From a virus (lineage: Duplodnaviria > Caudoviricetes): a DNA stretch of 24,271 nt. Made by a program: the position numbers and the translations under genes. Location of the stretch: the IMG/VR virus record IMGVR_UViG_3300031519_000218, positions 1-24,271 of that record; one strand, given 5' to 3'. Position 1 is the first letter of the stretch. Each line of letters opens with the position of its first letter. This document shows, one piece after another, positions 15,627-23,446 of the stretch. The notes beneath the pieces were generated by a model. The model did no database searches, had not been told where the DNA came from, and saw only the letters and a list, made by a program, of their open reading frames with translations.

Positions 15627-15925
15627 TGTCACTAGAAGCTTTCTTGGAAGAAAAATGGGGGAGCGTCGTTGAAAAACAGACGCGCCTTCGTATAAAATTA
15701 ACAGTAGCTGCATATGCATATGAGGTGGAAAACACAGAGATAATGTCAGATCATGAATTTGATCGAAAATGTTTGGAAGTCGATAAGTCTGTTAATACTG
15801 GAAATCGAGTCTTGGATAAGTTCTTTCGAGAACAATTTGATCCTTCAACTGGTCAATGGATACATCTTCATCCTGAACTAGATAAGGTCAAGAAGACCTA
15901 TGAAAAATACTACAACCCCAAATAA
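15626..15925 (+). CDS. stand-alone NAD-dependent DNA ligase domain Ia-like protein
   Basis: AAYAYEVENTEIMSDHEFD matches LigA Ia Y(Y)xxDxPxxSDxEYD; no adenylation domain follows. Confidence 0.65.
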   Translation: MSLEAFLEEKWGSVVEKQTRLRIKLTVAAYAYEVENTEIMSDHEFDRKCLEVDKSVNTGNRVLDKFFREQFDPSTGQWIHLHPELDKVKKTYEKYYNPK

Positions 15926-15936
15926 GGAACTATATT

Positions 15937-16218
15937 ATGAACAATGGTACAACTGAAAACATTCTAACAGACGGCCCACAAGAGGTTTATTCCGTCACTG
16001 CTGAAGAACTGCGTCAATTTATTGAGCGTATTGAAACTCTTAATGAAGAGAAATCTGTAATTGCAGAAGCCACAAAAGAAGTCATGCAAGAAGCCAAAGG
16101 TCGTGGATATGACGTTAAGGTTATTCGCAAGATCATTGCAATTCGCAAGCGCAACCGTGATGACATTGATAGCGAAAATGCTATTACTGAAATGTACATG
16201 GAAGCATTGGGGATGTAA
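15937..16218 (+). CDS. gapR: GapR/DUF2312 nucleoid-associated protein homologue
   Basis: ELRQFIERIETLNEEK...KEVMQEAKGRGYDVKVIRKIIAIRKR...YMEALGM, the DUF2312 consensus. Confidence 0.92.
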   Translation: MNNGTTENILTDGPQEVYSVTAEELRQFIERIETLNEEKSVIAEATKEVMQEAKGRGYDVKVIRKIIAIRKRNRDDIDSENAITEMYMEALGM

Positions 16219-16239
16219 AACCGTCCAGAATATCACATA

Positions 16240-16266
16240 AATAAGGGGGCGTAAAGCCCCTTTATT
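16240..16266 (+). terminator. intrinsic terminator, possibly bidirectional
   Basis: AATAAGGGGGC-GTAAA-GCCCCTTTATT after gapR; overlaps a late-promoter-like CATAAATA at 16236-16243. Confidence 0.7.
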
Positions 16267-16294
16267 GCGCAAAGTGCATTTTTTGCACATTGCT

Positions 16295-17053
16295 ATGGAG
16301 AGTAATTTGAAAAGCCAGTATGAGATTGTAATCCCGTATCAACAACAACAGGAATCAAATGAACCTGATTTGCGATGTGCTGAAGATTGCCATCGTCATG
16401 CTATGTTTGTCAAAGGCAACGAACATGTAGTTAATGGACGTACCTATTCATTCAAAGATGAAGAAGGCAACTATGTTAGCTGCTTTGTTAGCCAATATTC
16501 TAACATCATAGAACGTAACCTAGAACCCGGTGTAAGAGATGCAGTACTTGCTTTACACAAAAGAGGCTATCTCACCTTCACGAGTTGCCAAGGACATGAT
16601 GACTCCAAACATAGATATATTGGGGTGGTGTTCAATACTAAACAACAGAAGAAAGACTTTGTTTCTGAAATGAACAAGCTTGATTGTAATCTGTACTGGT
16701 ATGACAACATGATTAATACTGTAGAAAGACCTTGCAAGGAAGTACCTTGGTGGTCTGATGGTGGCATCACACTGCATATCGTTTACGACGATCAGAATTA
16801 CATTGAAGCCCCACAGCAACGCAGAAGAAACAAACCGTACACAGATGCCGACTTGACTAACTTTTGGAACATCCAAACCAACAGAAATTACGTTCACTAT
16901 GAATGCATAGTGTTCTCATTCGGTTACCCATTACAAGAGAAAACGTTTTGGGAACGAGTTGAAAAGTATTTCTTCTATAACAAACTTAGAGTCACGTCTG
17001 CTTATAATGATTTTCTAGAGAAAGTACATAAGTTACCTGATTATCTGGCGTAA
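16295..17053 (+). CDS. hypothetical protein with T-x-x-S-C-x-G-H motif
   Basis: LEPGVRDAVLALHKRGYLTFTSCQGH. Start uncertain (ATG 16295, or TTG 16307 with GGAG SD). Confidence 0.75.
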   Translation: MESNLKSQYEIVIPYQQQQESNEPDLRCAEDCHRHAMFVKGNEHVVNGRTYSFKDEEGNYVSCFVSQYSNIIERNLEPGVRDAVLALHKRGYLTFTSCQGHDDSKHRYIGVVFNTKQQKKDFVSEMNKLDCNLYWYDNMINTVERPCKEVPWWSDGGITLHIVYDDQNYIEAPQQRRRNKPYTDADLTNFWNIQTNRNYVHYECIVFSFGYPLQEKTFWERVEKYFFYNKLRVTSAYNDFLEKVHKLPDYLA

Positions 17054-17055
17054 CC

Positions 17056-17271
17056 TCAATCTTCTATTTCATGAAGCCAAGTTGTACGATTAGCCCATGC
17101 CTTTTCAAAATCTTCTTTTGCATTGGGCATTGCCTCGTGGTTACCCCATAATCTTTTGAAATAGCTGTCATACACAACACGCATTTCATGGAGACTATAT
17201 CCAATAGGGAATAGATGCCCCTTTACTGCATAGAACACTTCATTGATTCTTTTGAGTTCTTCGACAGTCAT
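17056..17271 (-). CDS. hypothetical protein
   Basis: 71 aa ORF convergent with the + strand block; AAGGA SD and late-like CTAAATA upstream on the - strand. Confidence 0.72.
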   Translation of the reverse strand: MTVEELKRINEVFYAVKGHLFPIGYSLHEMRVVYDSYFKRLWGNHEAMPNAKEDFEKAWANRTTWLHEIED

Positions 17272-17307
17272 AAGCAGTCCTTCTCATCAATTATATTATT
17301 TAGGTAT

Positions 17308-17337
17308 AAAAAAAGGGACCCAATGAAGGGTCCCTTT
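17308..17337 (-). terminator. intrinsic terminator after gene 23
   Basis: AAAGGGACCC-TTCATT-GGGTCCCTTTTTTT on the - strand. Confidence 0.85.
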
Positions 17338-17364
17338 CTCGTATCGTTAACCGATATCTTATTC

Positions 17365-18672
17365 TTAGAACAAGTTTGCAATCGCAACGCGACGGTAGTA
17401 CTTGTTGGAGTCGGCTGTAAGAGCACCGTTTCCTTGAGTAGCACCAGCGGCATATGGGTTTGCAACCATGCCATATCTTGTCTTGAATCCAATTTTTGGT
17501 TGGAAGCTGTTCTCACCAACCGCACGAACCATTTGCAACGGCACGTATGGGCAGTAGAAAAGGCCAGCGTCGAAAGAAGACGAACCTTTATAACCAACTA
17601 CAAGGTAGTTAGCACCTGCATATGGATCGATATACACTTTGTAGCGACCATTAAGAACACCAGCAAATGTGTTGCCTGTGTCATCAACGTTCAAAGAGTT
17701 GCTGTTAAGAGCAGGTGTGTAATCAAGTACACCAGCCATTTGAAGTGCAGAAGCAACATCGGAAGAACAGATAACCATGTTACCTTTACCACGACGTGTA
17801 CCTTTTGCAATCGCGTTAGCTTCTTGCTCGATTTGGAACATTAGGCCCTTGAACTTCTCAACTGACCAACGGCCATTTGCGTCAACATCAAGGTCGAAAG
17901 TACCAGCTACAGCAGTAGAGGCTGCACCGACTTCAGCAGTTGCATAGATTGTACGAACCAATTCACGGTTGATTTCCACTAGGATTTCAGACTGTAGAAT
18001 GTTGGCTAGTTCTGTTTCGGCGTCTAGACCGTGAACAGCTTTAAGGTCTTGTGCAAGCTCAGTAGTGTACTCAGCTTTCAAAGCGCGAGACTTAGCAGCA
18101 ACAGTAACTTTTTCAATTGAGAAAGCCATTTCTGCGAAGTTAGTACCGTTACCGTCGCCAAGAGCTTCAGCTTCAGTTGTACCCATGCCAATACCAGTTG
18201 TTACACCAGCTTGACCAAGTGCGTTGGCGTGTGTGCCTGCACCAGAGAAGTCTGTATCGGCTTCGTTGTAGAATGCTTCTGCACCAGCTTGGCTAGTTGC
18301 GCGTGAACGCATAGCAAAGATCAAACCAGTTGGGCCAGTCATTGGCTGAACACCAGCAATGTCATAAGCAATTAGGTTTGGCATCGCACGACGTACTAGA
18401 GAAATAAGTACTGGGTCGTAACCTGCTGTTGGGCCACCAGCGGCAGAGGCTGAGCCGAAGCCGCCTGTACCAGCATCGTTAGCTGCGGTTTCTGTCAAGA
18501 AAGAAGACATGTTAGCTGACGTATCGCCAGATTCCATTAGTGCTCTTTCGGTGTTTTCAAGAATAGTCGCAGTCACGGCTTTCTTGTGATTGTCTGTGAT
18601 AGCTGCGAAAGACGAGTGCTCCAAGATTGGACCCCATTTTGCGACTAGCTGCTGATAGTTTGACTGAGTCAT
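17365..18672 (-). CDS. gp23: major capsid protein gp23
   Basis: KWGPIL, DPVLISLVRRAMPNLIAYD, GVQPMTGPTGLIFAMR, KSRALKAEYT, YCPYVPLQM, FQPKIGFKTRYG. Confidence 0.99.
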   Translation of the reverse strand: MTQSNYQQLVAKWGPILEHSSFAAITDNHKKAVTATILENTERALMESGDTSANMSSFLTETAANDAGTGGFGSASAAGGPTAGYDPVLISLVRRAMPNLIAYDIAGVQPMTGPTGLIFAMRSRATSQAGAEAFYNEADTDFSGAGTHANALGQAGVTTGIGMGTTEAEALGDGNGTNFAEMAFSIEKVTVAAKSRALKAEYTTELAQDLKAVHGLDAETELANILQSEILVEINRELVRTIYATAEVGAASTAVAGTFDLDVDANGRWSVEKFKGLMFQIEQEANAIAKGTRRGKGNMVICSSDVASALQMAGVLDYTPALNSNSLNVDDTGNTFAGVLNGRYKVYIDPYAGANYLVVGYKGSSSFDAGLFYCPYVPLQMVRAVGENSFQPKIGFKTRYGMVANPYAAGATQGNGALTADSNKYYRRVAIANLF

Positions 18673-18709
18673 ATGATTCTATCTCCTTGTTTGTATTATT
18701 GTCTGAATG

Positions 18710-18717
18710 TATTTATA
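18710..18717 (-). promoter_or_regulatory. T4-type late promoter (gene 23)
   Basis: TATAAATA on the - strand, followed by an AAGGAG SD. Confidence 0.85.
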
Positions 18718-18741
18718 ATTTTTAAGTTTTTCAACTTTAGT

Positions 18742-19698
18742 TTATTTTGACGGCATCCTGTTGAAGCCTTCAAGAAGTGCGTTGATATTAGAGTATTCAG
18801 ATACTGGTGCTTTTACCTCAGTACTTTCAACCATAATTTCTTCTTCATCATTCACTTCTTCGACCAAAGGCTTGCTTTTAGCAAAGAAAGACTCTTTGAG
18901 TGTTGTAAGATCAGATTTATAAGCGTCAAGATTATCGAACGCTAGTTTTTCAGAAAGAACCTTCAGGCGCTCAACTTGGGTAAGCGTAAGACCTTCTGTC
19001 ATTTCTTCAAATGCTGCGCTTGCTTTCAAAGAAGCGATCTCTTTTGCAAGAGTAACGTTTTCTGTGATTGCTTTATTTGCGCCAGCTTTAAGTTCTGCAA
19101 CTTCTTCTTCCAAGCCAGCAACTACGTCAATGGTATCTTCATTGATTTCGATGTTGTGCTCTTCGAATAGTGTTGCTAGACCGTCCATCAACGACTCAGC
19201 CATTTCCACTTTAATACCAGCTTCGATAGCCAAATTGTTTTCTGTCATCCACTCTTCTACTACGTAGTCAAGATACGAATCAAGATTTTCGACAATATTC
19301 GCAACTGTTTCGTCTGCCGATTCTTGCATCTGCAAGGTAAGGGCTTCAACTTTTTCAGCTACCATAGTGTCTGATCTTTTGGTTGCTGCTTCGTTAACAG
19401 CCGCCTCAAAAACGAGAGTTACTTTGCTTGTAAATTCTTCAGACAAATCCATGCCTTCAAACATAGTCGCAATTGACTCGTCAAATTCAATTACTTCTTC
19501 TGCAACGATTTCGGCCTCATCATCTGTGGCTTCTTCTGCTTGCATTGGGGCAGCTTTTACTTTATCAGCTTTGGCGTCAACTGTTTTTTTGACGTCTGCT
19601 TTATTTTTCTTAACTGCTCCACCCGCTGCTGTCGCTGGTGCTTCAACAGATGAAACCCCATCGTCAGATACGAACTTTTCTTCTAGGTCGTTAGACAT
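18742..19698 (-). CDS. gp22: prohead core scaffold gp22
   Basis: LSEEF...FEAAV, LDSYLDYVVEEWMTEN, LKESFF; acidic coiled coil between gp21 and gp23. Confidence 0.95.
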   Translation of the reverse strand: MSNDLEEKFVSDDGVSSVEAPATAAGGAVKKNKADVKKTVDAKADKVKAAPMQAEEATDDEAEIVAEEVIEFDESIATMFEGMDLSEEFTSKVTLVFEAAVNEAATKRSDTMVAEKVEALTLQMQESADETVANIVENLDSYLDYVVEEWMTENNLAIEAGIKVEMAESLMDGLATLFEEHNIEINEDTIDVVAGLEEEVAELKAGANKAITENVTLAKEIASLKASAAFEEMTEGLTLTQVERLKVLSEKLAFDNLDAYKSDLTTLKESFFAKSKPLVEEVNDEEEIMVESTEVKAPVSEYSNINALLEGFNRMPSK

Positions 19699-19735
19699 AT
19701 GTTCTACTCCTTTATTTGGATACTTATATTGCTAT

Positions 19736-19743
19736 TATTTATA
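19736..19743 (-). promoter_or_regulatory. T4-type late promoter (gene 22)
   Basis: TATAAATA on the - strand. Confidence 0.85.
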
Positions 19744-19756
19744 ATTTTGTTACTTT

Positions 19757-20446
19757 TCAATTTTTGAGAGAGCTTATAAAGCGTTCGAACAACTTAGCTG
19801 CTGTAGATTCGTCAACACGACGGACAACACGTCTAACTTCTTGCTCAACAGTTTCTTGAATTTCCTCAATTACTTGTTGGATGGATTCTTGAGCGATCCA
19901 GTGTCCAGAAGCAATATCAAAGTAATATTCAGCATTCTCCATGATGCCGTTAACAAAACAATTCGGGCCTGAAGGATCGGTTACAATATCAACTGTCGCA
20001 AGGTGAAAGTCATTTTGAACTTCCATGATGCCTTCTTTAGTTGGTTTGACTGAACCTAATCCACGGGTAGAAACACCAATTGTAACACCCTCATCCATGA
20101 AAGTTTTTACGATCTGACCCATAGGTGTGCCAAGAATTTTAGCTTTACCAGTGAAGTTTGATCCGTCACGTTTCATTTCTGTAATTAAATGAGAAACACG
20201 ATCACCATTGATGGTTGGACCCTCTGGATGACCAAGTTCTCCTAATGCACGTTTTGTACTAATAAAGTCTTTGTTGTAACGTGTCATTTCACTTTCGAGT
20301 ATTTGCGAAGGATAAATGCGACCATTACGGTTTTTGATATCACCTTGCATGAAGATACCCTCGACGAAATAGGATTTTGTTCCTGTTTCTTCGTTAATTT
20401 CGGTTGCTACTGAGCAATCCTCTACTACTTCTGTAATTAGTCTCAT
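19757..20446 (-). CDS. gp21: prohead protease gp21
   Basis: MRLITE, EGIFMQ, NRNGRIYP, ALGELGHP, GVSTRGLGS, DIVTDPS. Confidence 0.97.
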   Translation of the reverse strand: MRLITEVVEDCSVATEINEETGTKSYFVEGIFMQGDIKNRNGRIYPSQILESEMTRYNKDFISTKRALGELGHPEGPTINGDRVSHLITEMKRDGSNFTGKAKILGTPMGQIVKTFMDEGVTIGVSTRGLGSVKPTKEGIMEVQNDFHLATVDIVTDPSGPNCFVNGIMENAEYYFDIASGHWIAQESIQQVIEEIQETVEQEVRRVVRRVDESTAAKLFERFISSLKN

Positions 20447-20468
20447 TTTTGTTAATCCCTTAAAAACT

Positions 20469-20476
20469 TATTTATA
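20469..20476 (-). promoter_or_regulatory. T4-type late promoter (gene 21)
   Basis: TATAAATA on the - strand. Confidence 0.85.
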
Positions 20477-20479
20477 CGA

Positions 20480-20713
20480 TTATGATCTGTAAGAAACTGG
20501 CGTACAAGAAACTGATGCGCTGGCAGCAATTGTGTCTGCTGGGCTTTTCTCTACGATTTCAACTGTATTTATGGCCATGTCAAATGTACCCGCTGCATTA
20601 CCAGCAACTGTTATTGTAGCAGCGCTAGTAGCATGTATTCTAACCAATGTTGCAGAAGCAACAGTATTGGCAGTGGTAACGTTTACAGCAGCGCCTTTTA
20701 ACTTCAAAATCAT
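20480..20713 (-). CDS. small head-cluster protein (beta-rich, Ala/Thr-rich)
   Basis: 77 aa, ATGA overlap with the upstream gene; ATLVRI...IVEK.P.D pattern. Confidence 0.75.
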   Translation of the reverse strand: MILKLKGAAVNVTTANTVASATLVRIHATSAATITVAGNAAGTFDMAINTVEIVEKSPADTIAASASVSCTPVSYRS

Positions 20714-22479
20714 TGCGATGTCTCCTTTGCAAATCCTAGAATTTCAGCAAACCCTTTTTTGTCTCTCATTGCAGTAGCAGTCATTTTTTTAGAATTCGTC
20801 CCACTTAGTTGGGTCATCAAGTCGTTCAACATTTTAGCGTCTTCTTTCTTAACCAAAACTTGCTTGCCGTCATCCAACTTAAGACCACCAGCTTTGAAAG
20901 CTTCATTAAAAACCTCTTCAGCAATCACATCTGCAATAGTGAAATCTTCAAGTTTAACACCTTCTCTGCGCATAGAAGCCAAAGATTTTTGTGTGGAAGT
21001 CATCGTGCGAACTGGTTTCTTACGTCCAGTAGCTGTGCGTCCCATAGCTGCATTATGCTCAGCGTCTTTTGCACGTTGAACTTTAAGGAAGTCAGGCTTT
21101 ATCTTTGGTGCGCCTTTTCTGCGAGGTGCTTCATCAAGTTCAACAGATTCTTTTTTGTACCAAGGCGCTGTCTTCAAAGTAACTTTTTCTTTACCTTTTT
21201 TAGAAACTTCAGCTTGCTTAGACAATGCAGCTTTTGTTGCCGCTGCTCTGCTTTCATCAAGATCATTTAAAGCTTCGTCAAGTTGAACGTCTTCTTTTTG
21301 CATTAGTTTCATTGCAACGTTTGCAAGTTGAGTTGCTTTCATCTTATCTAGTTTTGCTTTATTGGTGTCATTTACTTTGTTGTAAATCTGTGTGACAGCG
21401 GAAGCTGTGAACATGTCAACCATAACACCGTCAATCTTTGCCGCTTGCTTTTGGTCAACTATTTTCATCATTGCTTCCAAAGTTTTAGAAGCTTCATCAA
21501 GTTCAAAAGATTCTCTGTACATGTTCAACTCATAAGAATTGCCCATGTTGTAGACTTGTACTTGGATAGCTTTTTTACCATCTTTGCCTAGCAAACGATA
21601 AGAGTTTGTTTTGCCATTAGAAGGCTTCTTAGGACCCATAGCAACTTTATCGTCAATCTCAGAAGGATCAACAATAATACCAAGACCAGACTTTGCATAT
21701 TCATATGCATGCTTCATAGCACTTGAGAAATCTTTGTGGTATAACTCATAACCCATAGCTTCAACAACAAGTTCTTCGCTACGCATACGTGGCTCTCTAC
21801 GATTATCACTTGGGTTCTCAAGACGCAAGTTCTTGGGATCGTTGTTAAGTGGATCGTTGTCTGCGTGACCTACATCCATACCATCAACATCATTCTCTTT
21901 AGCCATAATTCTACGGGCTTTATTTCTTGAAGAACGATTTGCGATTTGCTCTGGTCTACCTTGGTAGTTGTCGTATTCTTTTCTGTAATCGCGCTCAGCA
22001 AGATCAACAGACTCTTTGACTAAGCTAGTCATAGAAGCGCCCATATCACCAAGTGCAAGTGTAACATTACCATTTCTGTTGTAGAGATAGTATTTCATTT
22101 TTCCAGCGTTGTCGCCTTGGCGTGTCATAGTGATCTTGCCAACTTTTGACTTGCCAACAACAGATTTGAATGTTACTTTGAAAGTACCTTCACTGCCTTT
22201 TTTGATAGACGAGTCGTACTTGATAGTAACCATGTCACCCTTTTTAAGTGCATCGAACATAGCTGAATAATCTTTAGCTGCTTCATCAAGTTCAACAGAC
22301 TCTGTTTTGCCTTTATACGCTCTTGCGTCTTTTGTGGCCATTCTTTCTTTCTTGTCTTGCTCAGATTTTTTGGCCATTAGTTTAGCAAACTCAAGTCTTT
22401 TCTTTTGTGTGGCGATTGCGCTGTCAATTTTGTCAGCTTGAATAGACTCTTTGACGAATAAATTCTTGAAGGTTTTCAT
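20710..22479 (-). CDS. putative internal head/prohead core polyprotein with HNH module
   Basis: Located between gp20 and gp21; N-terminal MKTFKNLFVKE; repeated ES(V/F)ELDEA-type linkers; internal DVGHADNDPLNNDPKNL...NR. Confidence 0.75.
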   Translation of the reverse strand: MKTFKNLFVKESIQADKIDSAIATQKKRLEFAKLMAKKSEQDKKERMATKDARAYKGKTESVELDEAAKDYSAMFDALKKGDMVTIKYDSSIKKGSEGTFKVTFKSVVGKSKVGKITMTRQGDNAGKMKYYLYNRNGNVTLALGDMGASMTSLVKESVDLAERDYRKEYDNYQGRPEQIANRSSRNKARRIMAKENDVDGMDVGHADNDPLNNDPKNLRLENPSDNRREPRMRSEELVVEAMGYELYHKDFSSAMKHAYEYAKSGLGIIVDPSEIDDKVAMGPKKPSNGKTNSYRLLGKDGKKAIQVQVYNMGNSYELNMYRESFELDEASKTLEAMMKIVDQKQAAKIDGVMVDMFTASAVTQIYNKVNDTNKAKLDKMKATQLANVAMKLMQKEDVQLDEALNDLDESRAAATKAALSKQAEVSKKGKEKVTLKTAPWYKKESVELDEAPRRKGAPKIKPDFLKVQRAKDAEHNAAMGRTATGRKKPVRTMTSTQKSLASMRREGVKLEDFTIADVIAEEVFNEAFKAGGLKLDDGKQVLVKKEDAKMLNDLMTQLSGTNSKKMTATAMRDKKGFAEILGFAKETSQ

Positions 22480-22865
22480 TAGTTGGACTCTCCCAAGTTC
22501 TTGAGAACATCTTTCATTGTGTTGAAAGGTCCCGTAGTAGAGTTGCCATTCTTCAAGTGAAAGTAACCAGCTTTGTCTTTAATGACTTTAGGTGGGTTCT
22601 TCATGGTGTTAAGCTTGGACTGTACAGCCGCCAAATCTTTCTTGTCCATGACATATTTGTTGCCAAGTTCATCAAGTTGTTCAGCTTCATGCATTTTATT
22701 TGCAGCCCTATTAAGACCAGTTGCTCGATTTTGGCCTTGCTTATAATCTTTAGTTGTAAGAGTACCTTTTGCAAGCTTGTCTCTTTTATTTCTTAAATCA
22801 AGCGCAGATTTTGCGTGGTAGCTTTTAAGAGTTTCTTGTGATACTTCATCAAGTTCAGCTTCTTC
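21127..22865 (-). repeat. dispersed linker repeat (CTT GAT GAA core, encoding L-D-E)
   Basis: + strand TTCATCAAG at 21130, 21253, 21493, 22282, 22668 and 22845; 21-nt identity TGCTTCATCAAGTTCAACAGA at 21127-21147 and 22279-22299. Confidence 0.8.
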
Positions 22866-23387
22866 GTTCATTTTGATGAAGTTCTTGGCTGGCTTGCCGC
22901 CCTTAGATACCATATCGATTTTGTATTTACCTGATTTCAAACCAGCAACACCAGTATCTTTCCAAGAGTTGTCATTCTGCTTGCCAAGGAACGCGCCCAT
23001 TGCATTTACATCTTTGAATGCCTTTACTTGTACTCTGTTGGAAACCATTTTACCCGGTGCTTTTGGCATATCTTTGTATGCAGATGCAGTAGCTTCTTCA
23101 AGATCAACGCCCATGCGTCTTGCAAGTGCAGATTCAATGTAATCGTTAGGAAAATCAAGACCAGCATCGTAAGCCTTGTCATAATTGGCATCGCCAGTTT
23201 GATCTGCTGGGCGACTAGCTTTTTCTCTTGGAAGGCCAGCAGCACCAATGTCACCAGTAAATTGGTGATCTAGTGCAACAGGATGTTGACGGACTTCATA
23301 GCTGTGTTGGTCGATAAAGGCCTGTTCTTCACTAGCTCTATCGTTGGGTTTTGCAACCTCGCTTAGTATCTCTTTAAAGGACTTCAT
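22479..23387 (-). CDS. putative internal head/prohead core polyprotein
   Basis: N-terminal MKSFKEILSE (capsid-targeting-like); linkers VDLEEA, EEAELDEV, EAEQLDEL. Confidence 0.75.
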   Translation of the reverse strand: MKSFKEILSEVAKPNDRASEEQAFIDQHSYEVRQHPVALDHQFTGDIGAAGLPREKASRPADQTGDANYDKAYDAGLDFPNDYIESALARRMGVDLEEATASAYKDMPKAPGKMVSNRVQVKAFKDVNAMGAFLGKQNDNSWKDTGVAGLKSGKYKIDMVSKGGKPAKNFIKMNEEAELDEVSQETLKSYHAKSALDLRNKRDKLAKGTLTTKDYKQGQNRATGLNRAANKMHEAEQLDELGNKYVMDKKDLAAVQSKLNTMKNPPKVIKDKAGYFHLKNGNSTTGPFNTMKDVLKNLGESN

Positions 23388-23413
23388 CTCTGTTCTCCAT
23401 TGATCTTTTATTA

Positions 23414-23421
23414 TATTTATC
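23414..23421 (-). promoter_or_regulatory. probable late promoter (one mismatch)
   Basis: GATAAATA on the - strand upstream of GGAG and ATG 23387. Confidence 0.55.
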
Positions 23422-23446
23422 TATTTTTAACGTTCGTATTTTATTT

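Noticed and set aside
399-16897. Numerous - strand ORFs in the track (e.g. 494-778, 850-1185, 8949-9251, 13734-14123, 16553-16897)
   Set aside because: They are antisense shadows of well-supported + strand genes, with no SD or recognisable motifs.
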